The position numbers and the translations under genes are program-made. A stretch of 64,000 nucleotides of DNA from Minisyncoccia bacterium (GTDB lineage: Bacteria > Patescibacteriota > Minisyncoccia > Phycocordibacterales > UBA9973): assembly GCA_038249055.1 (NCBI GenBank), contig JBBRWS010000001.1:78244-142243 (forward strand), in the 5' to 3' direction. Below are positions 19,494 through 29,305 of this stretch, piece after piece. The notes under the pieces were generated by a model that did not search any database, had not been told where the DNA came from, and saw nothing but the letters and a program-made list of their open reading frames with translations. The stretch's first letter is position 1. The number at the start of each line of letters is the position of its first letter.

Positions 19494-20075
19494 TTATTTA
19501 TATATACAAATATTATTTACTATAGGATATAAAACTTGAAAAATTTGACCTAAAAATACACCAAATACTATTGCATAAATTAATAAAACTAACCAGTGAT
19601 CTTTACCGTTGTTTATCTCTCGAAATATCTTAAATGTTCCTTTTTTATTCAAATCATTTTCTGAATTTTTATCACCAAATAATTCTTTATACAATGTTCC
19701 AATAAATATAATAATTGTATAAAATAACCCAAAACCTATGAATACTTTTAGTGAGCTGTCTGAAATGCGCAATTCCATTGGAACTTTACAATATTCCTGA
19801 GCAATGAATATGATTAAAGAAAATCCTGCACCAGCAATAAAAAGAGATTTAAAGATTGACATACCAGCTTTAATCCAAATTATTATAAATAATATAGACA
19901 AGAAAAATAGAACTATAATTGTTGTTAAGCTATTCATATTAACACCCAAAATCTTTGATAGCATACCTATAAAAATAACACCAATAACAAAAATTAAAAA
20001 TTTAATGAATTTATCTTTTTTTTCATTCTCAAATTTTTTATCAAAAATTAATTTAACCTTTTTATATAATTTCAT
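19494..20075 (-). CDS. Multi-pass membrane protein
   Basis: About 5 TM helices; closely spaced within the defence operon. Confidence 0.7.
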   Translation of the reverse strand: MKLYKKVKLIFDKKFENEKKDKFIKFLIFVIGVIFIGMLSKILGVNMNSLTTIIVLFFLSILFIIIWIKAGMSIFKSLFIAGAGFSLIIFIAQEYCKVPMELRISDSSLKVFIGFGLFYTIIIFIGTLYKELFGDKNSENDLNKKGTFKIFREINNGKDHWLVLLIYAIVFGVFLGQIFQVLYPIVNNICIYK

Positions 20076-20091
20076 ATTTAATTTAAATCTA

Positions 20092-20997
20092 TTAACTTAT
20101 AGAATTTAAAGCACTAGGAATTATGTTTTTTGCAAAATCAGCATATTTTGTTTGTAATTTTGTAAATTCTATTAATTCATCTACGTTTATTTTATATTTA
20201 GTTATGTCTTCATCACGAAGAACAATCGTCATTTTTTCACAATAACTCTTGCCTGAACATGAAGCTATGAATGACCTAACTATTTCTTTATAAACTTCCT
20301 CTCTTTGCATTTTGAGTCTACCATTACCAGTTCCAATAAGAGGGATAGATATATGTTCTTTTGCTCCATATGAAGATATATAAGACCATAAGCCACCTAG
20401 TGTTCTTGATAGTCCATCTTCATCTGCTTCAACTCTAGAAGCATTCAGTTTGTGCGAGTTAACGACAAAATAAAAAGCTTTTTTCTTATCATCGGTTTCG
20501 ACTCTCACAGTAGTTCCAAGTATGTATTTTCCATCATTTTTTTGATCAGAATAGATTTTGCTCCTAAGTTCTTTGGATATTTTTTGTTTAATAACGGAAT
20601 GTTTTCCGTCAAAGTATTTTTTAATAATCATAGATTTTACACTGTGAGCAACTTGAACACTTCCATTAAGGTTCATATCAAAATCAGAATTAACAGGTAC
20701 AATATAGGCAGATTTAACTTTTTCAATACTCCCTATATTTATTGCAAGTTCAATATCACGGTTATTTATTTTAAAAACGAAATTATTTTTTGGTCTATTT
20801 TTTGAGATACTATAAATAAAGGAAATGACTATAGCTATTATTAAACTAGATGTTTTTTTAAAAATAATTGCTGTTGACTCAAAAAATGGGAAAAATTCTA
20901 CTAATGCAATAATCACAGTAAAAAGACCTAAGACGCTTAATATGTCTTTAACCATAGACCAAATTCGTTTTAATTTAAACCATCTGCCACTTATCAT
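20092..20997 (-). CDS. thsA: Thoeris type II effector (2 TM + Macro domain)
   Basis: Two N-terminal TM helices, IVPVNSDFD and IPLIGTGNG macro motifs; 4-nt overlap with the TIR gene. Confidence 0.8.
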   Translation of the reverse strand: MISGRWFKLKRIWSMVKDILSVLGLFTVIIALVEFFPFFESTAIIFKKTSSLIIAIVISFIYSISKNRPKNNFVFKINNRDIELAINIGSIEKVKSAYIVPVNSDFDMNLNGSVQVAHSVKSMIIKKYFDGKHSVIKQKISKELRSKIYSDQKNDGKYILGTTVRVETDDKKKAFYFVVNSHKLNASRVEADEDGLSRTLGGLWSYISSYGAKEHISIPLIGTGNGRLKMQREEVYKEIVRSFIASCSGKSYCEKMTIVLRDEDITKYKINVDELIEFTKLQTKYADFAKNIIPSALNSIS

Positions 20998-21500
20998 AGA
21001 TTTAGATCTGTATAAACTGATTCCTTATAATGATATGGTTCAGATTTTCCTTCTCTCGTATATGATTCATGAGAGGATGGCCATTTTTCTATTGCTCGTT
21101 GTATTATAGCTCTATTAAATGACACATGGATAGCCAGTTTATTTTCTCTAAGTATTAATGGACACCTTGTTTCATCGATAGATCTTTTCCCATTTAGATT
21201 TACGGCTATTATAGGTAGACCTAATTTTAAGGCTTGTTCGATTTCCCATCTCACGTATGTATTTTGGAATTTTGTTTTTTCTCCGATAAGTAGAATAAAT
21301 ATTTTTGAATTTTTAATTCTTTCTCTCAAGGCTGTTTTTATTGAATCTTCACTGCTCCATGAACGAATTTCATTTAAATCATGTGCATTATTGAAATCAA
21401 AAACTGTATTATCATTTTGTTTCCATGCCTGCATTAATCGATAATAGTGAATATCACTATCTGCGTCGAATGCTGTATATATTTTACTTCTATATGCCAT
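20994..21500 (-). CDS. thsB: Thoeris TIR-domain protein
   Basis: YTAFDAD...LRERIKNSKIFILLIGEKT...YVRWEIEQA with the catalytic Glu. Confidence 0.88.
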   Translation of the reverse strand: MAYRSKIYTAFDADSDIHYYRLMQAWKQNDNTVFDFNNAHDLNEIRSWSSEDSIKTALRERIKNSKIFILLIGEKTKFQNTYVRWEIEQALKLGLPIIAVNLNGKRSIDETRCPLILRENKLAIHVSFNRAIIQRAIEKWPSSHESYTREGKSEPYHYKESVYTDLNL

Positions 21501-21784
21501 ATATTAATGTTATTTTTATAATGTGTCCTCAAGATGTTTTTGGGCATACATATTATATACCCCCATGTAAATATTTGACAACAGTTTTGTAATAAAATCA
21601 ACACTATGTAAAAATATAATGATTACGTCAACACTTTTCAAAAATCATCGATGTTTTTATGATAAAATTCATATTTTAAAGGATATTTTGGAACTAAAAA
21701 TATGATTAGCTAGAATTCTAAAAATACCTTTAAAATTGCAATTTTTAGGGTATAAATCAACTAAATGTTTGGTATACTTGTGGT

Positions 21785-22195
21785 ATGGAATACCAAGTAC
21801 AAATTGATGAACCAAAAACAGGACCTAATAAGGGAGATATTATTTTAGAAATAACTGACGTTATGTTACATTCTACTCTTAAGGAAACTAAGTCAGTTGG
21901 TAAGACAATTGATAGGTCTATTGAACAAAATCAACCAGGAAGAATTTATTCTAAAATTGAAACTAAAAACCTAAGTAATGAAAATACTGATAATAATAAA
22001 ATTCAATTTTTAAATATGGTTAAACAAGATCCTAATATGATAGCGATGTTACAGAAATATAAGCAACAGGGTAAACGAGTATTTTTTCATTTTCCTAAAG
22101 AAGGAGTTCCTGTATTTGCAGGGAAAGATACAAAAGAATTTATGAAAAGTAAAAATGGCAAGAGAATTATCAGAGGTGTTGCAAAAAATAAATAA
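21785..22195 (+). CDS. Hypothetical protein
   Basis: 136 aa ORF; TGGTATACT extended -10 a few nt upstream. Confidence 0.6.
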   Translation: MEYQVQIDEPKTGPNKGDIILEITDVMLHSTLKETKSVGKTIDRSIEQNQPGRIYSKIETKNLSNENTDNNKIQFLNMVKQDPNMIAMLQKYKQQGKRVFFHFPKEGVPVFAGKDTKEFMKSKNGKRIIRGVAKNK

Positions 22196-22374
22196 CAGGA
22201 TTACAATGTATTTGTTAGTTTCTGCGTAGTAAAAAGTAGAATAGTGTATCGCCACCAAAGCATGCCTATTCCGCGCAAGAAATAAATTGAGTTTAGTCAA
22301 ACTTCTTTTATTTCGTGTACGGAATAGGCTTTTTCTATATCTATACATTTTATTAAATTTATTAATAAAATAAT

Positions 22375-23658
22375 ATGAGTAAACTCATATGGACTACGGT
22401 CCAAAGAAAGGTTAATGATCTTATCCCTCAAAAGATCAATCCTCGTAAAATATCTGACAAGCAAATGTCAGATATCAAGAAAAGTTTGCAGAAGTATAAT
22501 TTAGTTGAGATTCCTGCTATTGATAAAACAGGAGTTATTTTGGCAGGACACCAAAGGATTAGGGCTTTACAGTTATTAGATCGTGGAGAAGAAATAATTG
22601 ATGTAAGAATTCCAAATAGAAAGCTTACAGAAATAGAATCGAAGCAATATCTAATTGCTTCAAATAAATTAGGTGGTGACTGGGATTATGATCTCCTTAA
22701 ATCTTTTAACATGGAGCTTCTTCAGCTCGCAGGGTTTGAAGATATGGAAATTGCTAAATTCTGGGATGATGATACAGAAGTTAAAAATGATTCTTTCGAT
22801 GTTGAAAAAGAATTAAAGAAAATAAAGGAACCTAAAACAAAATTAGGAGATATTATTATTCTCGGGAAACACAAAATTCTTTGTGGTGATTCAACTAAAC
22901 CAGAAAACTTAAAAAGATTACTAGGAGATGAGAAGGTGTCTATGATTTATAGTGACCCCGTCTACAATCTTGATATAGATTATGATGGTGGAATTGGTGG
23001 AAATAAAGAATACGGAGGTAGTGTAAAAGATTCCAGAACTTTTGAAGAATATAAAACATTTATTCGAGAAAGTTTAGAATCAGCACTTGCTGTATCTAAT
23101 CCGAATACTCACGTTTTCTATTATTGTGATCAAGTCTACATCGGATTAATTCAGGATATATACAGATCGCTTGGTGTATCTAATAAACGAGTGTGCTTGT
23201 GGCTGAAGAATTCACAGAACCCTGTACCTAAAATATTCTGTAATAAAGCATATGAACCTGCTGTCTATGGTATTCGTGGACGACCATACCTTGCAGAATC
23301 AGTAACAAATCTTAATGAAGTATTAAATAAAGAATTTGGAACAGGAAATGAACTTGTAGCACAAGTTGATGATTTTCTTGAGATTTGGACTGCTAAAAGA
23401 CTTTCCGCTAAAGACTATGAACATGCAACTTCCAAACCTATAACTCTCCATGAAAAAGCTATTAAACGTTGCACAAAACCGAATGACATAATTTTAGATA
23501 GTTTCTTGGGTTCAGGTAGCACTCTTCTTGCAGGAGAACAATTGGGTCGAAGAGTATATGGCTTAGAGCTTGAGCCAAAATTTTGTGACTTGATAATAAG
23601 ACGTTACGAATTATTTACTGGTAAAAAAGCTCAGATAGAATCCTATGAAGAAAAATAA
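22375..23658 (+). CDS. ParB-N-fused N4/N6 DNA methyltransferase (phage type)
   Basis: AGHQRI ParB motif, DPVY catalytic motif, HATSKP, DSFLGSGST SAM-binding motif. Confidence 0.9.
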   Translation: MSKLIWTTVQRKVNDLIPQKINPRKISDKQMSDIKKSLQKYNLVEIPAIDKTGVILAGHQRIRALQLLDRGEEIIDVRIPNRKLTEIESKQYLIASNKLGGDWDYDLLKSFNMELLQLAGFEDMEIAKFWDDDTEVKNDSFDVEKELKKIKEPKTKLGDIIILGKHKILCGDSTKPENLKRLLGDEKVSMIYSDPVYNLDIDYDGGIGGNKEYGGSVKDSRTFEEYKTFIRESLESALAVSNPNTHVFYYCDQVYIGLIQDIYRSLGVSNKRVCLWLKNSQNPVPKIFCNKAYEPAVYGIRGRPYLAESVTNLNEVLNKEFGTGNELVAQVDDFLEIWTAKRLSAKDYEHATSKPITLHEKAIKRCTKPNDIILDSFLGSGSTLLAGEQLGRRVYGLELEPKFCDLIIRRYELFTGKKAQIESYEEK

Positions 23659-24061
23659 ATCACAAGATCAATTCTTTGAAGAGTTGAGGAAAGTTCCCAT
23701 TGTCCAAGTCGCTTGTGAAAAAACAGGGCTATCTCGCAATAGTGTCTATCGTTGGAAAAAAGAAGATAGTGAATTCTCAAAAAAGATGGACCTGGCGATG
23801 GCTGACGGCGTTGCGTTCGTGAACGACATGAGCGAATCACAATTGCTTACTATGATCAAAGAAAAGAATTGGTCAGCAATTTCTTTTTGGTTGAAACATA
23901 GAAATGATAATTACAAGAGTAAGATAGAAATTACTACAAAAGAAGATTTTGAAGAGCTTACTCCTGAACAAGAAAAAATTGTTAGAGAAGCACTTAAACT
24001 AGGAGCAACTATTACCAATAATCAAAATGAAGATTATGGAAAAGATAAAAATAACTCCTGA
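23645..24061 (+). CDS. Putative terminase small subunit (HTH)
   Basis: ACEKTGLSRNSVYRW HTH, AISFWLK; overlaps the methylase and TerL genes. Confidence 0.7.
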   Translation: MKKNKSQDQFFEELRKVPIVQVACEKTGLSRNSVYRWKKEDSEFSKKMDLAMADGVAFVNDMSESQLLTMIKEKNWSAISFWLKHRNDNYKSKIEITTKEDFEELTPEQEKIVREALKLGATITNNQNEDYGKDKNNS

Positions 24062-25499
24062 GTTGATGGAGATAATGATTAAGGATCGTAAAGTAAGAAC
24101 TGAAATCACCAAGAAAAGTCATTGGTTTTTCTTTCATTTCTATTTTTCTCACTACGTAAAATACGAGACTGCTCCATACCAAAATGAAATATTTAATCTT
24201 ACTCAAAATGAGGACTTGGGCAACTTATATATTGTTGCCTTTAGAGGAAGTAGTAAATCGACAATTCTAAATACATCTTATTCAATCTGGTCAATTCTAG
24301 GAGAACAACAGAAAAAATTTGTTTTAATTTTAAGTAAAACACAAACTCAAGCAAAGCAACACATGATGAACCTAAGAAGTGAATTAGAAAGTAATAATCT
24401 TCTAAAAAATGACTTAGGTCCGTTTAAAGAATTTTCAGAGGAATGGGGTTCTTTCTCTTTGGTCTTTTCAAAATTGAATGCCAGAATTACTGTTGCTTCT
24501 TCTGAGCAAAGTATTAGAGGATTAAGACATAATCAGAATAGGCCTGATCTCGTTATAGGAGATGACGTGGAAGATGTAGATTCAGTAAAAACCAGAGAAG
24601 GAAGAAATAAAACTTACGAGTGGTGGACTAGTGAAGTAATTCCAATTGGACAAAAGAATACTAGATTTGTACTTATTGGAAATCTTTTACATGAAGATTC
24701 TTTGTTAATGAGAATAAAAGAAAATGTTGATAAAAAAGAAATTGATGGAATATTTAAGGAATATCCATTAATTAGAAATGAAAATATACTATGGCCAGGT
24801 AAATATCCTTCAATGGAAGAAGTTGAAAATGAAAGAAGAAAAGCAGGTAATGAATATTCTTGGCAAAGAGAATATTTATTACATATAGTTCCAAATGAAG
24901 AACAAGCTATTTATCGTGAATGGATAATGTACTACAACGAAATACCAAAGGGTTTGAAAGACTGGCAAGGATATTCAATGAATGAGGAAATTAGAATAGG
25001 TATAGATTTAGCAATCTCTCAAAAAGAAACCGCTGATTATACTGCCATGGTTCCTGCATTAGTTATGGGAGAAGGTAAAGAAACTAAAATATATATCTTA
25101 CCTAAAATTATTAATAGAAGAATGACTTTCCCTGAGACTGTCGATTTATGTAAAGTGATTCATACTTCTTATTGTGAAAAAGATTGGAAAACCCCAACTT
25201 TAGTAATTGAAGATGTCGCTTATCAAAGAGCATTACCTCAACAATTAGAAAATGAAGGTATCACTAATGTAAAAACAATTAGACCTGGTAATCACGATAA
25301 AAGAAGTAGACTTGTTATGACTGCTCCAATGATAAAGTCTGGAAAAATTCTTTTCCCTCTAACAGGAGCAGAGGAATTAATTTCTCAGATTGTTCATTTT
25401 GGTGTAGAAAAACATGATGACTTAGCTGATGCCTTTTCAAATGTTGTATTAAATGTTCTTGAGGATCCTCCTTATGTGCCCAGATTCTTTTTTGTTTAG
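24027..25499 (+). CDS. terL: Terminase large subunit
   Basis: AFRGSSKST Walker A, LVIGDDVED Walker B, GIDLA and KHDDLADA nuclease motifs. Confidence 0.9.
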   Translation: MKIMEKIKITPELMEIMIKDRKVRTEITKKSHWFFFHFYFSHYVKYETAPYQNEIFNLTQNEDLGNLYIVAFRGSSKSTILNTSYSIWSILGEQQKKFVLILSKTQTQAKQHMMNLRSELESNNLLKNDLGPFKEFSEEWGSFSLVFSKLNARITVASSEQSIRGLRHNQNRPDLVIGDDVEDVDSVKTREGRNKTYEWWTSEVIPIGQKNTRFVLIGNLLHEDSLLMRIKENVDKKEIDGIFKEYPLIRNENILWPGKYPSMEEVENERRKAGNEYSWQREYLLHIVPNEEQAIYREWIMYYNEIPKGLKDWQGYSMNEEIRIGIDLAISQKETADYTAMVPALVMGEGKETKIYILPKIINRRMTFPETVDLCKVIHTSYCEKDWKTPTLVIEDVAYQRALPQQLENEGITNVKTIRPGNHDKRSRLVMTAPMIKSGKILFPLTGAEELISQIVHFGVEKHDDLADAFSNVVLNVLEDPPYVPRFFFV

Positions 25500-25577
25500 A
25501 GGAAGCATACGACCACACTACGTATCTTTAGTTTTGCATAGGCTTAGCAAAAGACTAAATCTCTGACATCATTAGGT

Positions 25578-26900
25578 ATGGAAACAACCAATATAGGGCT
25601 AATATATAACCCAATAATAGCAACCGAAACAAGGATTAAATATGTGCTGTATGCACGAAAATCGACTGAATCTGATGAGCAACAAGCTTTATCAATAGAT
25701 TCTCAAGTTAAGGAAATGACAGCCATAGCAGAGCGTTTAAAGCTCAATGTAGTAGCCATAAAAAGAGAATCACACTCAGCTAAAGCCTCAGGTCAAAGAC
25801 CTGTATTTAAAGAACTATTAGAGGAGATTAATAAAGGTATCTATAACGGAATACTAACCTGGGCACCTGATAGACTTTCAAGAAATGCAGGAGATCTAGG
25901 TACTGTTGTTGACCTTATGGATGAAAAGAAATTAATTCATATCCAAACCTTTGGACAAACTTTTTCTAATTCACCAAATGAAAAATTTCTCCTAATGATT
26001 TTATGTTCTCAAGCAAAACTTGAGAATGATAATAAAAGTATAAATGTAAAACGTGGACTAAGAGCGAGGGTAGAGATGGGTTTGTGGCCGTGCCGTCCAC
26101 CAACTGGTTATACAAAGTTTAAAAGAATGGATCAGAAATGTGAATCAATTATTGATCCAGTTCGTGCACCTGTAATAAAACAAATATTTGAAAAAGTTGG
26201 TTATCAAAATTGGAGTGGTAGAAAAGTATTTCATTGGCTAAAGCATGATCTTGATTTTAAAACAGAAACTAATATGCATTTAAGTTTGGGTAATTTATAT
26301 GTTCTACTTTCAAATACTTTCTATTATGGAAAGTTTGAGTTTCCAAAAGGATCAGGTAATTGGTACAACGGAGCACACGAACCGATCATCTCAAAAGAAT
26401 TATATGATTTAGTTCAAGGACAAATTAAAAGCCAAACCATGGAACCAAGATCTAAACAAAAAGAATTCGCATTCACTAGAATTATGACTTGTGGTTTGTG
26501 TGGTTCAGGAATTACAGCTGATGAGAAATTTAAACATCATAAGGATGGAACATCTAGTCGCTATGTTTACTACAAGTGTACTAGGACGAAAGATTCAAAG
26601 TGTAAAAGTGGTTACATAAACGAAGATGACTTAATCAATCAGTTACAGAATCTTATTGATGACCTTGAAATACAGACGGTCCCGATGAGAGAAAAGATTA
26701 CAAGTGAGGTAAAAAGATTTAAGATTTTTGAAAGTATGTTATTAGGAAGAAAAAGCCCTGTGGTTATTAAAGATATAGATATACGTAATTATGCCAAGTT
26801 TATACTCCAAGAGGGGTCTATGGAGGAAAAGAGGGAGTTCTTAGGATGTCTGAAAAGTGAGATATTATTAAGTAATAAGAAAATTGAACTAAAGGTTTAG
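25578..26900 (+). CDS. Large serine recombinase
   Basis: YARKST catalytic Ser, DRLSRN, PPTGY, HEPII, CxxC...C...C zinc ribbon. Confidence 0.93.
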   Translation: METTNIGLIYNPIIATETRIKYVLYARKSTESDEQQALSIDSQVKEMTAIAERLKLNVVAIKRESHSAKASGQRPVFKELLEEINKGIYNGILTWAPDRLSRNAGDLGTVVDLMDEKKLIHIQTFGQTFSNSPNEKFLLMILCSQAKLENDNKSINVKRGLRARVEMGLWPCRPPTGYTKFKRMDQKCESIIDPVRAPVIKQIFEKVGYQNWSGRKVFHWLKHDLDFKTETNMHLSLGNLYVLLSNTFYYGKFEFPKGSGNWYNGAHEPIISKELYDLVQGQIKSQTMEPRSKQKEFAFTRIMTCGLCGSGITADEKFKHHKDGTSSRYVYYKCTRTKDSKCKSGYINEDDLINQLQNLIDDLEIQTVPMREKITSEVKRFKIFESMLLGRKSPVVIKDIDIRNYAKFILQEGSMEEKREFLGCLKSEILLSNKKIELKV

Positions 26901-26901
26901 T

Positions 26902-26930
26902 TTGACATGTATACCCCAAGGGGGTATACT
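26902..26930 (+). promoter_or_regulatory. Sigma70 promoter with CsoR/RcnR-type operator
   Basis: TTGACA-17-TATACT overlapping the palindrome GTATACCCC-AAG-GGGGTATAC (26909-26929). Confidence 0.85.
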
Positions 26931-26989
26931 ATAAAAAGTATAAATTTAGTTGCATTTAAAAAACAAATGATGATATAATAATTACCTAT

Positions 26990-27433
26990 ATGAATTTAAT
27001 GACAAAAAACAATAAATTTGGACAAGTACTGATTATAATATCAGCTGTACTTTTCTTGTGGATTAGTTCTTTTGGACTACTCTATCATATGAACGAAATG
27101 AGACTTGAATCAACTAAAAATAGTTGTTTGTTTAGTGGTTCAGAAGAAGCGTGTGCTATGACTTTCTCCGAACATCTTACTCTTTGGCAAGGAATGACAA
27201 CAAGTTTACCTCAGGATATTTTAGGTGTAATGAGTATTCTATTATTGATGGTTGCGTTGGCTTTAGTGTTTACTTTTTACAGAAATTATCTTTTCGAATT
27301 TACTAGGCGAATTTCTTCTCGGTATCGACTTTATATAAAACAACATCCGCAAATCAATCTTTTTAATTATCTAGGAGAAGTTTTTTCTCGCGGTATTCTT
27401 AATACAAAAAAATATAAATTAGCAACAATATAG
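26990..27433 (+). CDS. Membrane protein, first gene of copper cluster
   Basis: Two TM helices flanking a C..C.M...H segment. Confidence 0.7.
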   Translation: MNLMTKNNKFGQVLIIISAVLFLWISSFGLLYHMNEMRLESTKNSCLFSGSEEACAMTFSEHLTLWQGMTTSLPQDILGVMSILLLMVALALVFTFYRNYLFEFTRRISSRYRLYIKQHPQINLFNYLGEVFSRGILNTKKYKLATI

Positions 27434-27529
27434 TTTTGCATTTTACCAAGTTTAGTTTGGTCGCTTTTGGTAAATAATAATGCAAGGCTTTTTTTGTTGT
27501 TTATTTATCAAATAAATCTTACTAACGTA

Positions 27530-28021
27530 ATGAAAAAAACTATAATTATCACCCTCCTTATTGTGGCAGGCCTTATAGGTCTAATATGGTTGGGTAGTAA
27601 AAATCAAAAACCACCAGTGGAAGACTCTGGTATAAAAAGTGCTCTCACTTCTTCAGAATATGTGTATGATTTTGGTTCTATCTCAATGAAAGATGGTGAT
27701 GTAACTAAAGAATTTACAGTAACTAATGGAACTGATAAAGACATTGTTTTTCCAACTCTTGTGACTTCATGTATGTGTACAAAAGCTTACTTTGTATCAC
27801 CTGATGGCGAAACAAAAGGACCTTTCGGTATGCCTGGTATGGGATATGTACCTCCTCTAGACGAAACAATCAAAGCTGGAGAAAGTCGCATAATTAGAGC
27901 TGTATATGATCCTAATGCTCATGGTCCAGCAGGAGTTGGTGTCATAGATAGATTCATAACTCTTACTGACACAACTGGAAGTAGTCTCAAATTAGAAATT
28001 AAAGCGGTGGTAACGCCATAA
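27530..28021 (+). CDS. DUF1573-like Ig-fold protein
   Basis: YDFGSI, TSCMCT; start moved to MKKT signal anchor. Confidence 0.7.
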   Translation: MKKTIIITLLIVAGLIGLIWLGSKNQKPPVEDSGIKSALTSSEYVYDFGSISMKDGDVTKEFTVTNGTDKDIVFPTLVTSCMCTKAYFVSPDGETKGPFGMPGMGYVPPLDETIKAGESRIIRAVYDPNAHGPAGVGVIDRFITLTDTTGSSLKLEIKAVVTP

Positions 28022-28026
28022 TAATT

Positions 28027-28806
28027 ATGAAAAAAACAATAACAATTTTAATTGTCATAGTTGTTGCTATCCTGGGAATTATATTCTTGAAATATAATTC
28101 TGGTACATCTTCATTCATTTGGAACTTAAGTAATAGTGGTGCATGGCTTCTACCCCTTGTTCTCGTATCGGCACTTCTTGATAGTGTTCATCCTTGTTCA
28201 TTCTCAATTCTTCTGATTACAATTGCTTTCTTATTTGGGATGCAATTAACTAGAAAGAAAATTCTACAAATAGGCGGAACATATATTGCAGGAATATTCA
28301 CAGCTTACTTCTTGATTGGTCTTGGAATACTAAAAGTCTTACATATCTTCAACACTCCACATTTTATGGGAAAGCTTGGAGCTTCACTTTTGATTGTCTT
28401 CGGATTAATTAATCTTTTAAGTTGGTTATTCCCAAAGTTCCCAATCAAACTAAAAATTCCATCAGTATCTCATACAGCTATGGGAAGACTAATGGAAAAA
28501 GCATCTTTTCCCGCAGCGTTCGGGCTTGGTTTACTTGTCGGTATCTGTCAGTTTCCTTGTATGGGTGGACCATACTTAATGGTCATCGGACTATTGAAAG
28601 ATCAAGTGACATATCTTGCTGGTTCAGGTTACTTACTCCTTTATAACTTAATTCTTATCGTTCCTCTTGTTGCAGTTCTATGGATATCTGCTGATAAATT
28701 AGTTGTAAATAAAATACAGGACTGGAAAAGAACAAATTTGAAAGGCTTAAAATTCTGGGCAGGTCTTGCCATGATTATTATTGGAATCTTAATCTTATTT
28801 ATGTAA
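28027..28806 (+). CDS. CcdA/DsbD-type transmembrane redox protein
   Basis: DSVHPC and FPCMGGPY Pro-Cys pairs in a multi-TM protein. Confidence 0.8.
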   Translation: MKKTITILIVIVVAILGIIFLKYNSGTSSFIWNLSNSGAWLLPLVLVSALLDSVHPCSFSILLITIAFLFGMQLTRKKILQIGGTYIAGIFTAYFLIGLGILKVLHIFNTPHFMGKLGASLLIVFGLINLLSWLFPKFPIKLKIPSVSHTAMGRLMEKASFPAAFGLGLLVGICQFPCMGGPYLMVIGLLKDQVTYLAGSGYLLLYNLILIVPLVAVLWISADKLVVNKIQDWKRTNLKGLKFWAGLAMIIIGILILFM

Positions 28807-28809
28807 TTT

Positions 28810-29298
28810 ATGAACAAACTAACAATTGATGAATTCTTAATTAAAATAGAAAGTTTAAAAGAAAAAGCTGGTGTTGACCTATCAACAACAGAAGACTTAA
28901 GTCTAGCTGTCATGAATTTAATTAGTCTAGAAGAACATTTCTTTTTTACTGGTGTGAAATTAAACAAAGATGAATATTTTGAAACTTCAAATGAGATTCG
29001 AAATCTTCGTAAAGAATTATTAAAAGAATTAATGCCAAATCACGAAGGAGAGACATGGTGTATATCAAAACACCTGCTTTCCTCCACGATGAGGCTAATA
29101 GAAGTCGGCAATAAGCTTTCATCTGATGATAAAAAAGATGAGGCAAAAATAATGTTTGAACGTGCATATAAAGTTTACTCGATATTTTGGGCTCTAAAGT
29201 TAAAATTAATAGATGGTCAATTAATTAAGGATACAGCAAAAACAAGTTCTAATCTCGAAGACTTGGTCGGCAAATTAGCTGATTGTTGTAATGAATAA
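28810..29298 (+). CDS. Hypothetical helical protein with Cys/His motifs
   Basis: LEEH, WCISKHLL and C-terminal DCCNE. Confidence 0.7.
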   Translation: MNKLTIDEFLIKIESLKEKAGVDLSTTEDLSLAVMNLISLEEHFFFTGVKLNKDEYFETSNEIRNLRKELLKELMPNHEGETWCISKHLLSSTMRLIEVGNKLSSDDKKDEAKIMFERAYKVYSIFWALKLKLIDGQLIKDTAKTSSNLEDLVGKLADCCNE

Positions 29299-29305
29299 AT
29301 AATAT

